Origin: Phycisphaerae bacterium
Lineage (GTDB): Bacteria; Planctomycetota; Phycisphaerae; SM23-33
DNA: 64,000 nt
Reading direction: 5' to 3'
NCBI GenBank assembly: GCA_041687095.1
Contig: JAWLCQ010000006.1
Location: 2,965 to 66,964 of the forward strand
The translations under genes and the position numbers were made by a program. Under the pieces are notes generated by a model. The model saw only the letters and a list, made by a program, of their open reading frames with translations. It was not told the DNA's origin and did not search any database. Shown here piece after piece: positions 53,526 through 61,954 of this stretch (its first letter is position 1; the number at the start of each line of letters is the position of its first letter).

Positions 53526-56048
53526 CTACACGCTCATCGGCTCCCCGTTCGCCGCCGAGGAGCCCGACTGGTCGGCGTCGAGGGAGGACTTGAAGATCTG
53601 CCAGTCCTCGAGCGTCATGAGGCACTCGCGGGCCTGGGAGCCCTTGTAGTCGCCCAGGATGCCCGCCTCGGCCATCTGGTCGATGATGCGGGACGCCCGG
53701 GTGTAGCCCACCTGCAGCCGCCGCTGCAGCAGCGACACGCTCCCCCGCTGCTGCTGCAGGACGATCTCAACCGCCTGGTCGAACATATCGTCCTTCTCCC
53801 CGCTGGTCTCGCCCGAGGGCGAGCTGCCCATGCGGACGAGTTCGGTGTTGTACTCGGGCTCCCCGGTGGCGCGGATGGCGGCGACGACCTGCTGGATCTC
53901 GCTGTCGTCCACGTAGGTGCCCTGCGAGCGGACGAGCGAGCTGGAGCCCGGCTGGAGGAAGAGCATGTCGCCCCGCCCCAGGAGCACCTCCGCCCCGTTC
54001 TGGTCGAGCACGATCCGCGACTCCTGCCGCGACGCCACGCGGAAGCTCACGCGGCAGGGCATGTTGGACTTGATGAGGCCGGTCACCACGTTCGCGCTGG
54101 GGCGCTGGGTGGCGAGGATCAGGTGGATCCCCACCGCGCGGGCCTTCTGGGCGATGCGGATGATGTGGCCCTCGACCTCCTTCTCGGAGGTCATGATGAG
54201 GTCGGCGAGTTCGTCGATGATGATGACGTAGTACGGCAAGCGCGTGGGGATCCGCCGCTGCTCGTCCTCGTCCTCGGCCCCGAAGCGCTTGTAGATCTCC
54301 TCCGGGCTGAGCTTGTTGAACCCGGCGATGTTCTTGACGTTCGCCTCCTTCAACAGTTCGTAGCGCTCGTCCATCTTCGTCGCGGCCCATTCGAGGATGG
54401 ACTCGGCGTGGCGCATGTCGCTGACGACGGGGCACAGCAGGTGCGGGATCCGCTCGAAGGCGGCCATCTCGACCATCTTCGGGTCCACCAGGATCAGCCG
54501 CACCTCCTGCGGGGTGCGGTGCATGAGCAGGGACATGATGATGGTGTTGATGCACACGCTCTTGCCCGAGCCCGTGGTCCCCGCGATGAGCATGTGGGGC
54601 ATGCTCGCCAGGTCCGCCACGATGGGCCCGCCCCCCGCGTCCTTGCCCAGGTACAGCGGGAGGGCCTGCTTCTGCGACGCGCTGGGCGCCAGGTCCATCA
54701 GGTCGCGGATGCGGACGGTTTCCTTCTCCAGGTTGGGCACCTCGATCCCGATGGTGTCCTTCCCGAACCGCGGGGGGACGATGCGCACCCCCGGAACCGC
54801 CAGCGCCCGCGCCACGTCCGTCGCCAGCCCCGCGATGGTCGAGACCTTCACGCCCGGGCTCAGCGAGACCTCGAACAGCGTGATCACCGGGCCCGTCTCG
54901 TACCCCACCACCGTCGCCTGAACGTTGAAGTCCGTCAGCGTCTGCTGCAGCACCATCTGCCGCTGCGCCGCCTGCTGCTCGGCCGTCTCATTGAACCCGC
55001 CCTTGGACACCTCCAGCAGGTCCACGGGCGGAAGCTGGAACCCGTCCTTGCTGACCGGGGCGGGAGCGGGCTTGCGGGGCTCCGGCCGGGGCCGCGCCGC
55101 CGGGGCCGGGGCCGCCTTGGCGGGGGTGGGCGGGGCGGGGCGGGGGGCAATGCCTTCCGCTTCCTCGCCGTCCTCCACGTCCTCCTCCTCGACCTCGTCC
55201 ATGGCCTTCTTGCCCTTCCCGAACGGCAGCAGGGCGCTGAGGCGGGAGGGCGTGGCCTTGGGGGCCTCTTCGGCCTCGGCGTTCTGGGCGTCCGCGTCCG
55301 CTTCCGCCTTGGCGGCCGCGGCGGCCGCCTTCGCTTCTGCGCGCGGGCTCGGCCGCGATGCGGCCTGCGGGGGCTTGTAGCGAGTGGCAGGCTTCTCCGC
55401 CACCGCCGCCGTCGCCGCCGCGAGCGAACCATCGCTCACGAACGGCCGCCGCCCTTGCAGCAGCGACCACAGCGCCTTCACTAAACTCAGCAGGGCATGG
55501 TCGGCGGCGAGGATCGCCCCGATGCAGAACGTCACCGACAGCAGGATCACCGATCCCATCGTGCTGAACCGCTGGAGGAAGAACCGCCCGATGCCCAGGC
55601 CCAGGATGCCCGGGAGCGACTCGGCGAGTTCGATGCTCACATGCGGGCTGTACAGGTACAGCGACGCGCTCGTCGCCGCCACCAGCAGCACCGCCCCCGT
55701 CACCCGCCAGGGCAGATCGCTGATCGTCCGCCCCAGGAGCATCCGCCCCACCGCCGCCGTCAGCAGCGCCAGCCCCACGTACGCCCCCCCGCCGATCCAG
55801 TAGCGCAGGAAGTACGCCAGGTGCGACCCGACGAGCCCGACGGCGTTGTCGGCGTTGGCGCGAGCGGGGTGCTGGTAGTACTGGTAGACCGACGGGGGGT
55901 CGGTCGGGGAGAACGTCAGCAGCGACAGCCACAGCAGAACCACCACGCCCGCCAGCAGCATCGCCACGCAATACCGCCGCACGCGATGCCTCCGCGCCGG
56001 AGCATCCGCCGCCTCATCCGCCTTTTGTGCAATATCCTTCCGGGCCAT
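53526..56048 (-). CDS. ftsK: DNA translocase FtsK/SpoIIIE
   Basis: It has N-terminal TM helices, a Pro/Ala-rich linker, Walker A 'GTTGSGKSV' and a C-terminal gamma domain ('SLLQRRLQVGYTRASRIIDQMAEAGILG'). The start is taken at the ATG at 56048 (GAGG/AAGG RBS); the ORF extends to 56102. Confidence 0.85.
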   Translation of the reverse strand: MARKDIAQKADEAADAPARRHRVRRYCVAMLLAGVVVLLWLSLLTFSPTDPPSVYQYYQHPARANADNAVGLVGSHLAYFLRYWIGGGAYVGLALLTAAVGRMLLGRTISDLPWRVTGAVLLVAATSASLYLYSPHVSIELAESLPGILGLGIGRFFLQRFSTMGSVILLSVTFCIGAILAADHALLSLVKALWSLLQGRRPFVSDGSLAAATAAVAEKPATRYKPPQAASRPSPRAEAKAAAAAAKAEADADAQNAEAEEAPKATPSRLSALLPFGKGKKAMDEVEEEDVEDGEEAEGIAPRPAPPTPAKAAPAPAARPRPEPRKPAPAPVSKDGFQLPPVDLLEVSKGGFNETAEQQAAQRQMVLQQTLTDFNVQATVVGYETGPVITLFEVSLSPGVKVSTIAGLATDVARALAVPGVRIVPPRFGKDTIGIEVPNLEKETVRIRDLMDLAPSASQKQALPLYLGKDAGGGPIVADLASMPHMLIAGTTGSGKSVCINTIIMSLLMHRTPQEVRLILVDPKMVEMAAFERIPHLLCPVVSDMRHAESILEWAATKMDERYELLKEANVKNIAGFNKLSPEEIYKRFGAEDEDEQRRIPTRLPYYVIIIDELADLIMTSEKEVEGHIIRIAQKARAVGIHLILATQRPSANVVTGLIKSNMPCRVSFRVASRQESRIVLDQNGAEVLLGRGDMLFLQPGSSSLVRSQGTYVDDSEIQQVVAAIRATGEPEYNTELVRMGSSPSGETSGEKDDMFDQAVEIVLQQQRGSVSLLQRRLQVGYTRASRIIDQMAEAGILGDYKGSQARECLMTLEDWQIFKSSLDADQSGSSAANGEPMSV

Positions 56049-56132
56049 CCTTAGCCTCAGGGTGCGTCTGACTGTCGAAGAAAACAACTCACGCGGGTGC
56101 ATCCCGGCGTTTACAGACGGTTTCAGAACTCA

Positions 56133-56230
56133 CCGCAGAGGTCGCAGAGAACGCAAAGGGAGAAGGGAATCCGGTGGGCATCCCATAGCCTCTCCGCTCT
56201 CTCTCTGCGTTCTCCGCGTTCTCTGCGGTG
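56133..56230. repeat. Imperfect palindrome built from CGCAGAGAACG-type units
   Basis: CACCGCAGAGGTCGCAGAGAACGCAAAGGG lies against CTCTGCGTTCTCCGCGTTCTCTGCGGTG. Related GAGACGCAGAG / CTCTGCGTCTC units occur at ~3400, ~6350, ~6590, ~9530 and ~9725. It lies between the dut 3' end and the ftsK start, so it is a terminator/promoter region. Confidence 0.5.
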
Positions 56231-56239
56231 AAATCTGCG

Positions 56240-56692
56240 TCACACGCCGGTGTGGCCGAACCCGCCGCTTCCGCGCACCGTTGCGTCCAGCGTCTCGACC
56301 TCCACCACCTCCGCCCTCGCCACCGGGGCGATCACCATCTGGGCGATCCGCATTCCGCGGCGAACCGTGAAGGCGTCGCGGCCCAGGTTGGCGAGGATCA
56401 CCTGCACCTCGCCCCGGTAGTCGGCATCGATCGTCCCGGGGCTGTTGGGCAGCGTGATCCCGTTCCGCAGCGCCAAACCGCTCCGCGGACGCACCTGCGC
56501 CTCGTAACCCACGGGCACCGCCATCGTGAACCCGCACGGGACCAGCACGATCCCGCCGGGCTCCAGAACCACGTCCTCACGGCACGCGGCGCAAAGATCC
56601 ATCCCGGCCGCATGGGCACTCATGTACCGCGGCAGCGGGACGTCCTCGTTGCCCGGCGTGCGGGCCATCTCCAGTATTATCGGACTGTTCAT
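56240..56692 (-). CDS. dut: dUTP diphosphatase (dUTPase)
   Basis: It has dUTPase motifs 'AAGMDLCA', '[29 protein letters not shown]' and '[10 protein letters not shown]'. It starts at the ATG at 56692, with RBS GGAGAGGG. Confidence 0.85.
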   Translation of the reverse strand: MNSPIILEMARTPGNEDVPLPRYMSAHAAGMDLCAACREDVVLEPGGIVLVPCGFTMAVPVGYEAQVRPRSGLALRNGITLPNSPGTIDADYRGEVQVILANLGRDAFTVRRGMRIAQMVIAPVARAEVVEVETLDATVRGSGGFGHTGV

Positions 56693-56719
56693 CGTTCCCT
56701 CTCCACTCGGAATCACGCT

Positions 56720-57892
56720 TCACTTCCCGTTCCCGAAGACCGCCGCCTGCACGCGGCCCCACGTCGCGACCGCCTCCGCCCGCTCCTCGGGACGAATGTC
56801 CGCGTCGAAGAGCAGGCCCGTCCGCGTCTGGTAGGGCTGCAGCACCCGGCGGAAGTAGGCCTCCAGCGGCTCGCTTTGCTCGCGCGGCAGGGGGCCGATG
56901 TGCGCCACCCGCGCCTCGGCGAGCTTGCGCATCTCACCGATCCAATCGCCCGCCGTCGTCCAGTTCAGCCCCCGCAGGTGCGGGTTGCGGGTGTACAGCG
57001 CGTGCAGGTGCAGCCCCTCGGGGCGGGAGAAGCCCTTCACGCCCCCGCAGTAGTGCAGCCACCCGCCGCCCAACTGCTCCAACGCCTGCGTCTGGTACGG
57101 CAGGATGAACTCCTCGAACTGCGCGGGCGAGACCAGGATGTCGCTGTCCCCGCACATCCGCACGCCCCCGCGATCCATCCACACCCCCACCGCGTTGCCC
57201 CCCTCCGCCGGGCCCCCGGAGACCTCCCGGCACAGCCGCGTGACGCCCACGTACACCTGCACGCTCTTTCGCATCATCGCGTGGGCGAACTCGGGGTCCT
57301 CGTAGAAATCGGTGAAGATCTCGTGCCCGCGGGTCTGGGCGGCGACGTCGAAGGGGCCCTGCTGGTCGCAGTGGGTCACGTCGATCGCGTCGCTCAGCCC
57401 GTGCGCCTTGAGCACCGAGCGGTGGTGCTCCATGTGCTCGATCACGCGGGGCATGACCCCGCAGGGGCGAAGGTCCGCGGGGACCTCGAAGTCCGCGAGC
57501 ACCTCTTTGGGCACGTAGCGGTTGACGACGGGCTTGGTGTGCTCGGGGACGACGTACCCGGCCCCGAAGACGGTCATGCAGTTGATCACGCCCGTGTCCG
57601 CCCGCACGTAGTGCGCGTGGTCGGACGCGGAGCAGACCCCCGGGAGCACGGTGTCCCGCAGCTGCATGTACAGGCTCTTGGCGGGGTCGTCGAACTGCTG
57701 CTTCCAGTCGAAGCGCGGCAGGTCGGCGGCCTCGGGGGGATGGACGCTGAAGCGGATCGGCAGACAGTCCGTCTCCCGCCACGCCAGCACGTCCGCGTGC
57801 CTTCGCCTCGCGGCGTCCACCGTCTGCGGATCGATCCGCTCGGCGATCAGCCCGCACACCCGGTCCAGCAGTGCCTTCACGTCCTGAGACAT
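56720..57892 (-). CDS. Uroporphyrinogen-decarboxylase (URO-D) family protein (URO-D or MtaA/CmuA-like methyltransferase fold)
   Basis: Its ~390-aa length and overall pattern are consistent with the PF01208 family; this is a lower-confidence family call. It lies 27 bp upstream of dut, so probably in the same operon. Confidence 0.5.
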   Translation of the reverse strand: MSQDVKALLDRVCGLIAERIDPQTVDAARRRHADVLAWRETDCLPIRFSVHPPEAADLPRFDWKQQFDDPAKSLYMQLRDTVLPGVCSASDHAHYVRADTGVINCMTVFGAGYVVPEHTKPVVNRYVPKEVLADFEVPADLRPCGVMPRVIEHMEHHRSVLKAHGLSDAIDVTHCDQQGPFDVAAQTRGHEIFTDFYEDPEFAHAMMRKSVQVYVGVTRLCREVSGGPAEGGNAVGVWMDRGGVRMCGDSDILVSPAQFEEFILPYQTQALEQLGGGWLHYCGGVKGFSRPEGLHLHALYTRNPHLRGLNWTTAGDWIGEMRKLAEARVAHIGPLPREQSEPLEAYFRRVLQPYQTRTGLLFDADIRPEERAEAVATWGRVQAAVFGNGK

Positions 57893-57913
57893 CCAAAACT
57901 CCTCGCTTTGCGG

Positions 57914-58040
57914 AAGGTGAGAGGTGAGAGGTTAGAGGTTAGAGGTTAGAGTCCGGCGGTCCGAGCGTGGGCGGTGATGCGAAGGTCCCGTCCGCGCCCG
58001 AGCGTCTGCCCTCTCACCTCTCACCTCTAACCTCTAACCT
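57914..58040. repeat. Inverted heptad-repeat arrays (GKTRAGA)x5 ... (CTCTNAC)x5 flanking a ~55-bp spacer
   Basis: GGTGAGAGGTGAGAGGTTAGAGGTTAGAGGTTAGAG (57916-57951) lies against CTCTCACCTCTCACCTCTAACCTCTAACCTCTACC (58006-58040). This allows a ~35-bp register-tolerant stem between the coaB stop and the URO-D-like start. Confidence 0.6.
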
Positions 58041-58667
58041 CTACCCTTTCCTCAACAGTTTCACGATCTCCGCCGCCAGTTCGTCCTTGGCCCGCTGGGC
58101 CCACGGCAGGACCACGCGGTCCCCCGCCAGGATGCACGCCCGCGACGCCTCGGTGCCCATGGCGGCCGGGGTGTTCACTACGACGTAGTCCGCGTGCTTG
58201 CGCGCCATCTCGCCGCGGGCCTTGGCCTCGATCTCCGCCTCCGCGCCGCTCTCGACGGCGAAGGCGATCACAAGCTGATCGGCCCGTTTGGTTCTCGCCA
58301 CGCCCGCCAGCACGTCCTCCGTCGGGACCAGGCGGATCGTGATCGGCCCCCCGCTGCGCGGGATCTTGCCGTTCACGCGGCCGGCGACGCGGAAGTCCCC
58401 CACCGCCGCCGTCATCACCAGCGCATCGCACTGGGCGAACCGCTCCGCAAGCTCGCGCTGCAGGTCCTCGACCGACACGAAGGGCACGACCCCGCACCCC
58501 GCAGGCGCCCCCAGGGCCACCGGCCCGCGCAGCAGCGTCACCTCGTGCCCCGCCCGCACCGCCGCCCCCGCCACCGCGCAGCCCATCCGCCCGCTCGACG
58601 CGTTGGTGATGAACCGCACGTCGTCGATGTACTCCCGCGTCGGACCCGCCGTCACGATCACTCGCAT
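58041..58667 (-). CDS. coaB: Phosphopantothenate--cysteine ligase, standalone CoaB domain (no fused CoaC)
   Basis: 'MRVIVTAGPTREYIDDVRFITNASSGRMG' is the CoaB N-terminal signature. No CoaC (flavoprotein) coding is seen upstream, where repeats lie instead. Confidence 0.8.
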   Translation of the reverse strand: MRVIVTAGPTREYIDDVRFITNASSGRMGCAVAGAAVRAGHEVTLLRGPVALGAPAGCGVVPFVSVEDLQRELAERFAQCDALVMTAAVGDFRVAGRVNGKIPRSGGPITIRLVPTEDVLAGVARTKRADQLVIAFAVESGAEAEIEAKARGEMARKHADYVVVNTPAAMGTEASRACILAGDRVVLPWAQRAKDELAAEIVKLLRKG

Positions 58668-58737
58668 CCCCAGAGCCTACCCATCCCCCCCCGCCGATGC
58701 AACCGCCCCGCCCGCGACAGCGCCATCGCAACCCCTC

Positions 58738-58795
58738 AGTCGCGGGTGCCACGGCTGCGCTGTTCACAGCCGTGCTCGCACGAGCGCCCGGGGGA
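58738..58795. repeat. Family B repeat copy (degenerate, no right TIR)
   Basis: 50 of 52 bp are identical to 13642-13694. Confidence 0.5.
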
Positions 58796-58859
58796 ATCCG
58801 GTTTCTGCAAGCCCCGTTGTTCTACACGTCTCGGACCTCGCGGGGCGGCTGGGACACAT

Positions 58860-59200
58860 CTCCCGGCATCCCTGCCGGGACGCGCCTCCGGGCGTCCCGA
58901 GAGGGATGCATCTCCGGGCTTCCCGGCAGGGACGCTGTGACAATAGCCCAGCAGTTCACTGCTGGGACCCGGGCACCCCCCCCTTCCTTTTCTTCTTCTC
59001 AAGCCCCGGGAGGGGCGATTGAGGGCGCGCCGTGGCCCCATCCCTCAATCGCCCCTGCCGGGGCTCAAACTCCCGCGCGACCGTTACCCAGCAGTGAACT
59101 GCTGGGCTATTCTCAATCCGTCCCTGCCGGGACTCCGGAATCGCGTCCCTCCCGGGACTCCAGAGTCGCATCCCTGCCGGGACGCCCGGAAGCTCCCTGT
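58860..59200. repeat. ~340-bp nested palindrome / repeat array built from 'RTCCCTGCCGGGAC' units
   Basis: Centre arms are TCAAGCCCCGGGAGGGGCGATTGAGGG (58995-59021) against CCCTCAATCGCCCCTGCCGGGGCTCAAAC (59041-59069). The next layer is GTGACAATAGCCCAGCAGTTCACTGCTGGG (58938-58967) against CCCAGCAGTGAACTGCTGGGCTATTCTCAAT (59087-59115). The outer layer is CCCGGCAGGGACGC against CGTCCCTGCCGGG. A 25-bp tandem x3 lies at 59113-59190. A related CCCCTGCATCCCCTGCATCCCTGCC lies at 797-830. Confidence 0.6.
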
Positions 59201-59752
59201 CCGGCCCCCCCGAAACTCCCTGTCCCCGACAACAGGCAGACCTTGCGCTGCCCGATGCCAGGGTGCCGAGATGCGTAGAGCAACGCGTTCTGCGAACCCA
59301 TGGCGGCCGGCGATGTACAGCAGTCCCCCCCTAAGTAGTAGCACTGCCCAAAAGTCCGCAAAAGCGGCCCGCCATTTTGGCAGTTTGGAAGTTTTTTTTC
59401 ATGGATACATGCACAGTCAAGACGGACACGAAGCACAAGCCTCATGTGAAGCACATGTTAGACCCAATAGGGACGGCAGGAGTGCGGAATGGAGAAAAAT
59501 GAGCGGCAGGGGAAGCGGAGGGTCGGGAGAAGTCGGAATACTCAGAACACTCGCAGTCAACGAAGGAGGATATGGGCGGATCGAGCCGACCGGCGGCGGG
59601 AGGGGGAGAGCAAGCGTTTACGCAGGTTCCCCCCCTCACGCCCAACTTCCCGCACCGCACCCTCTTCCCTCCGCCCCGCCCCTGCCCTACACTGCCAACG
59701 AATGCAGGGCAGTTCCCTCCCGCAGTTACGCTGGCCGACACGAAGGCAGACC

Positions 59753-60694
59753 ATGACGCCGATCCGCCTCATCGCGATCCACCAGGACGGCTCGCCCGCC
59801 GAGCCCGTCGCCCCCCTGGGGCCCGAGGTCCGCGACGCACTCACCGGCACGGCCGGGATGTACCGCTCCAGCGGCTACCAGCCGCCGTGGATCGGCTACC
59901 TGGCCATGGAGGGCGACGCGGCCGTCGGGACCTGCGCCTTTAAGTCGCCCCCGCAGAACCACCGCGTGGAGATCGCCTACTTCACGTTCCCGCCCCACGA
60001 GGGGCGGGGGGTGGCGACGGCGATGGCGGAGGCACTCATCGCCCTCGCCCGCCATACCGATCCCTCGCTCACCCTCACCGCCCAGACGCTCCCGGAGGAC
60101 GGTGCCTCGACGCGGATCCTCCGCAGGCTCGGGTTCGGCCTTGCGGATGAGGTCGTGCATCCCGAGGACGGAACGGTGTGGGAGTGGCGGCTTGCCCCGT
60201 TGCCCATACCCGCCACCCCCCTCCGCCTGCTTCTGCTGGGCAACGCGGGGGCGGGCAAAAGCACCCTCGCCCGCCGCCTCATCGCCGGACGCCCCATCCC
60301 GCGACTGTCCCTGGACGCCATCGCCTGGACCGCCGGGACGCAACGAAGCCCCCTCCAACGGAGCCGCCGCGAACTGCTGGACTTCATCCGCCGCCACGAC
60401 GAGTGGGTCATCGAGGGCTGCTACGGCGACCTGATCGAGACCGCCCTGCCGCACTGCACCGAACTGTGGTTCCTCAACCCGGGCGTGGATGTCTGCGTCG
60501 AGCACTGCCGGAACCGGCCATGGGAGAGCGAGAAGTTCAACACCCCCACCGAGCAGGCGGCCATGCTGCCGCAGCTCATCGACTGGGTGAAGCAGTACGA
60601 GACGCGCGACGACGAGTACGGCCTGCCCCGGCACCGCCGGATCTTCGAGGAGTTCCGCGGGCCCAAACGAGAGTTCACCGGAAAGGAAAGCTGA
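59753..60694 (+). CDS. Fusion protein: N-terminal GNAT N-acetyltransferase domain plus C-terminal P-loop NTPase (adenylate-kinase/topology-modulation-like)
   Basis: The GNAT motif A is 'HEGRGVATAMAEAL'. The Walker A is 'LLLGNAGAGKSTLARRL'. It starts at the ATG at 59753, and its stop overlaps the next start (TGATG). Confidence 0.7.
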   Translation: MTPIRLIAIHQDGSPAEPVAPLGPEVRDALTGTAGMYRSSGYQPPWIGYLAMEGDAAVGTCAFKSPPQNHRVEIAYFTFPPHEGRGVATAMAEALIALARHTDPSLTLTAQTLPEDGASTRILRRLGFGLADEVVHPEDGTVWEWRLAPLPIPATPLRLLLLGNAGAGKSTLARRLIAGRPIPRLSLDAIAWTAGTQRSPLQRSRRELLDFIRRHDEWVIEGCYGDLIETALPHCTELWFLNPGVDVCVEHCRNRPWESEKFNTPTEQAAMLPQLIDWVKQYETRDDEYGLPRHRRIFEEFRGPKREFTGKES

Positions 60695-61590
60695 TGCCTC
60701 CCGCCCCCACCGCCCCGACCCTTCCCCCGCCCGATATCCGCCTGCGGATGGTCATCGACACCGACGCCGCCGCCGAGGTCGACGACCAGCACGCCATCGC
60801 CCTCGCCCTGCTATGCCCCGAACGCTTCGCGATCGAGGGGTTCGTGGGGACGCACTTCGGCGACTTCGGCGGGCCTGACGGGGCGCAGCGATCCGTCGAG
60901 GAGATTCACCGTCTACTGGAGCACGCCGGCCTCGCCGGGCGCTACCCCGTCGCCCGCGGGTCCGACCCCATGCGCTACCTCGCCGCCCCCGAGCCCTCCG
61001 AGGGCGTGGACCTGCTCATCGACCGCGCCCGCGCGGGCACGCCCGCCGACCCGCTGTACATCGTCGGGCTCGGGGCGGCCACCAACATCGCCTCGATGTT
61101 CCTCCTGGCGCCCGAGGTGTGCGACCGCGTGGTGGTGGTCTGGCACGCCCGCTGTCAGCACTGGCCGCGATGGTTCTACTCCTGGAACGGCCACAACGAC
61201 CTGCGGGCCGCCCGCTGCCTCCTGGAGTCCGCCCTGCCGCTCATCTGGTGCGACGCGGGGACGGAACTGTACATCCCGATGGCCGTCTCGGAGCAGCGCA
61301 TCCGCCCCTGCGGTCCGCTGGGGGCATACCTGCACGACATCCGCTCGCGGCGGGAGATGTTCCTCCGCGACGACAAGTCCATCTTCGACCTCGCCGACTT
61401 CGCCCTCCTCCTCGACCCCGACCTCTGCGAAGCCGACCCCGTCCCCCGCCCCAGCCTCCGCCACGGCACGGAGTACGCCTGGGACTCGACCAACGGCCAC
61501 ATGCTCCGCGTCCACCACGTCCACCGCCAGCGCACGCTGGAGGAGCTGTTCACGCGCCTGGCGGCGGCATCCTCGGGAGACACCGAATGA
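60694..61590 (+). CDS. Inosine-uridine-preferring nucleoside hydrolase family protein
   Basis: 'RMVIDTDAAAEVDDQHAIALALL' carries the DxDxxxDD aspartate cluster. It is translationally coupled to the upstream gene. Confidence 0.8.
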   Translation: MPPAPTAPTLPPPDIRLRMVIDTDAAAEVDDQHAIALALLCPERFAIEGFVGTHFGDFGGPDGAQRSVEEIHRLLEHAGLAGRYPVARGSDPMRYLAAPEPSEGVDLLIDRARAGTPADPLYIVGLGAATNIASMFLLAPEVCDRVVVVWHARCQHWPRWFYSWNGHNDLRAARCLLESALPLIWCDAGTELYIPMAVSEQRIRPCGPLGAYLHDIRSRREMFLRDDKSIFDLADFALLLDPDLCEADPVPRPSLRHGTEYAWDSTNGHMLRVHHVHRQRTLEELFTRLAAASSGDTE

Positions 61591-61636
61591 GCGACTACCT
61601 TGATGCGAGGGCAAGCCGCTGTTTCGCCTCTTCCCC

Positions 61637-61843
61637 ATGACCTTCCGCACCCCGGGAACCGACGGTCCCATGCCCGTCTGGCGCGAGTACTACGCGAACA
61701 AGGGCGTCCCCATCCCCGAAGGCAAGCCCAGCTGCAACCCCGGCGGCCTCTCGCGCAGCGAGAACCTCCTCATCCCCCACGCCTTCGGCCGCCCAACCGG
61801 CTGGACCGAGGACACCTACACCCGCCACGCTGCGTGGCGGTAG
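61637..61843 (+). CDS. Small hypothetical protein (68 aa)
   Basis: It has strong GC3 bias (nearly every codon ends in C/G) despite its short length. I recognise no family. Confidence 0.35.
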   Translation: MTFRTPGTDGPMPVWREYYANKGVPIPEGKPSCNPGGLSRSENLLIPHAFGRPTGWTEDTYTRHAAWR

Positions 61844-61894
61844 GGGTATTGGATAGCCATAGAAAGTATGTTGTCCGCAGATTCGCCGGGGGAG

Positions 61895-61922
61895 TTGCAT
61901 GAAGGCCCGGAACGTGTACCAT
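61895..61922 (+). promoter_or_regulatory. Candidate sigma70-like promoter (TTGCAT - 16 nt - TACCAT) in a lower-GC stretch 33 bp upstream of the last gene
   Basis: Hexamers are read directly from the sequence. RBS GGAGAGGAG at 61941-61949 precedes the ATG at 61955. Confidence 0.3.
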
Positions 61923-61954
61923 CAGGGCATTCGGCAACAGGGAGAGGAGCGATC

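Noticed and set aside
58041-58667. CoaB as a frameshifted fragment of a fused CoaBC
   Set aside because: The ORF starts exactly at the CoaB domain boundary with its own ATG. The upstream 70 bp and beyond are repeat DNA without any CoaC-like coding in any frame.
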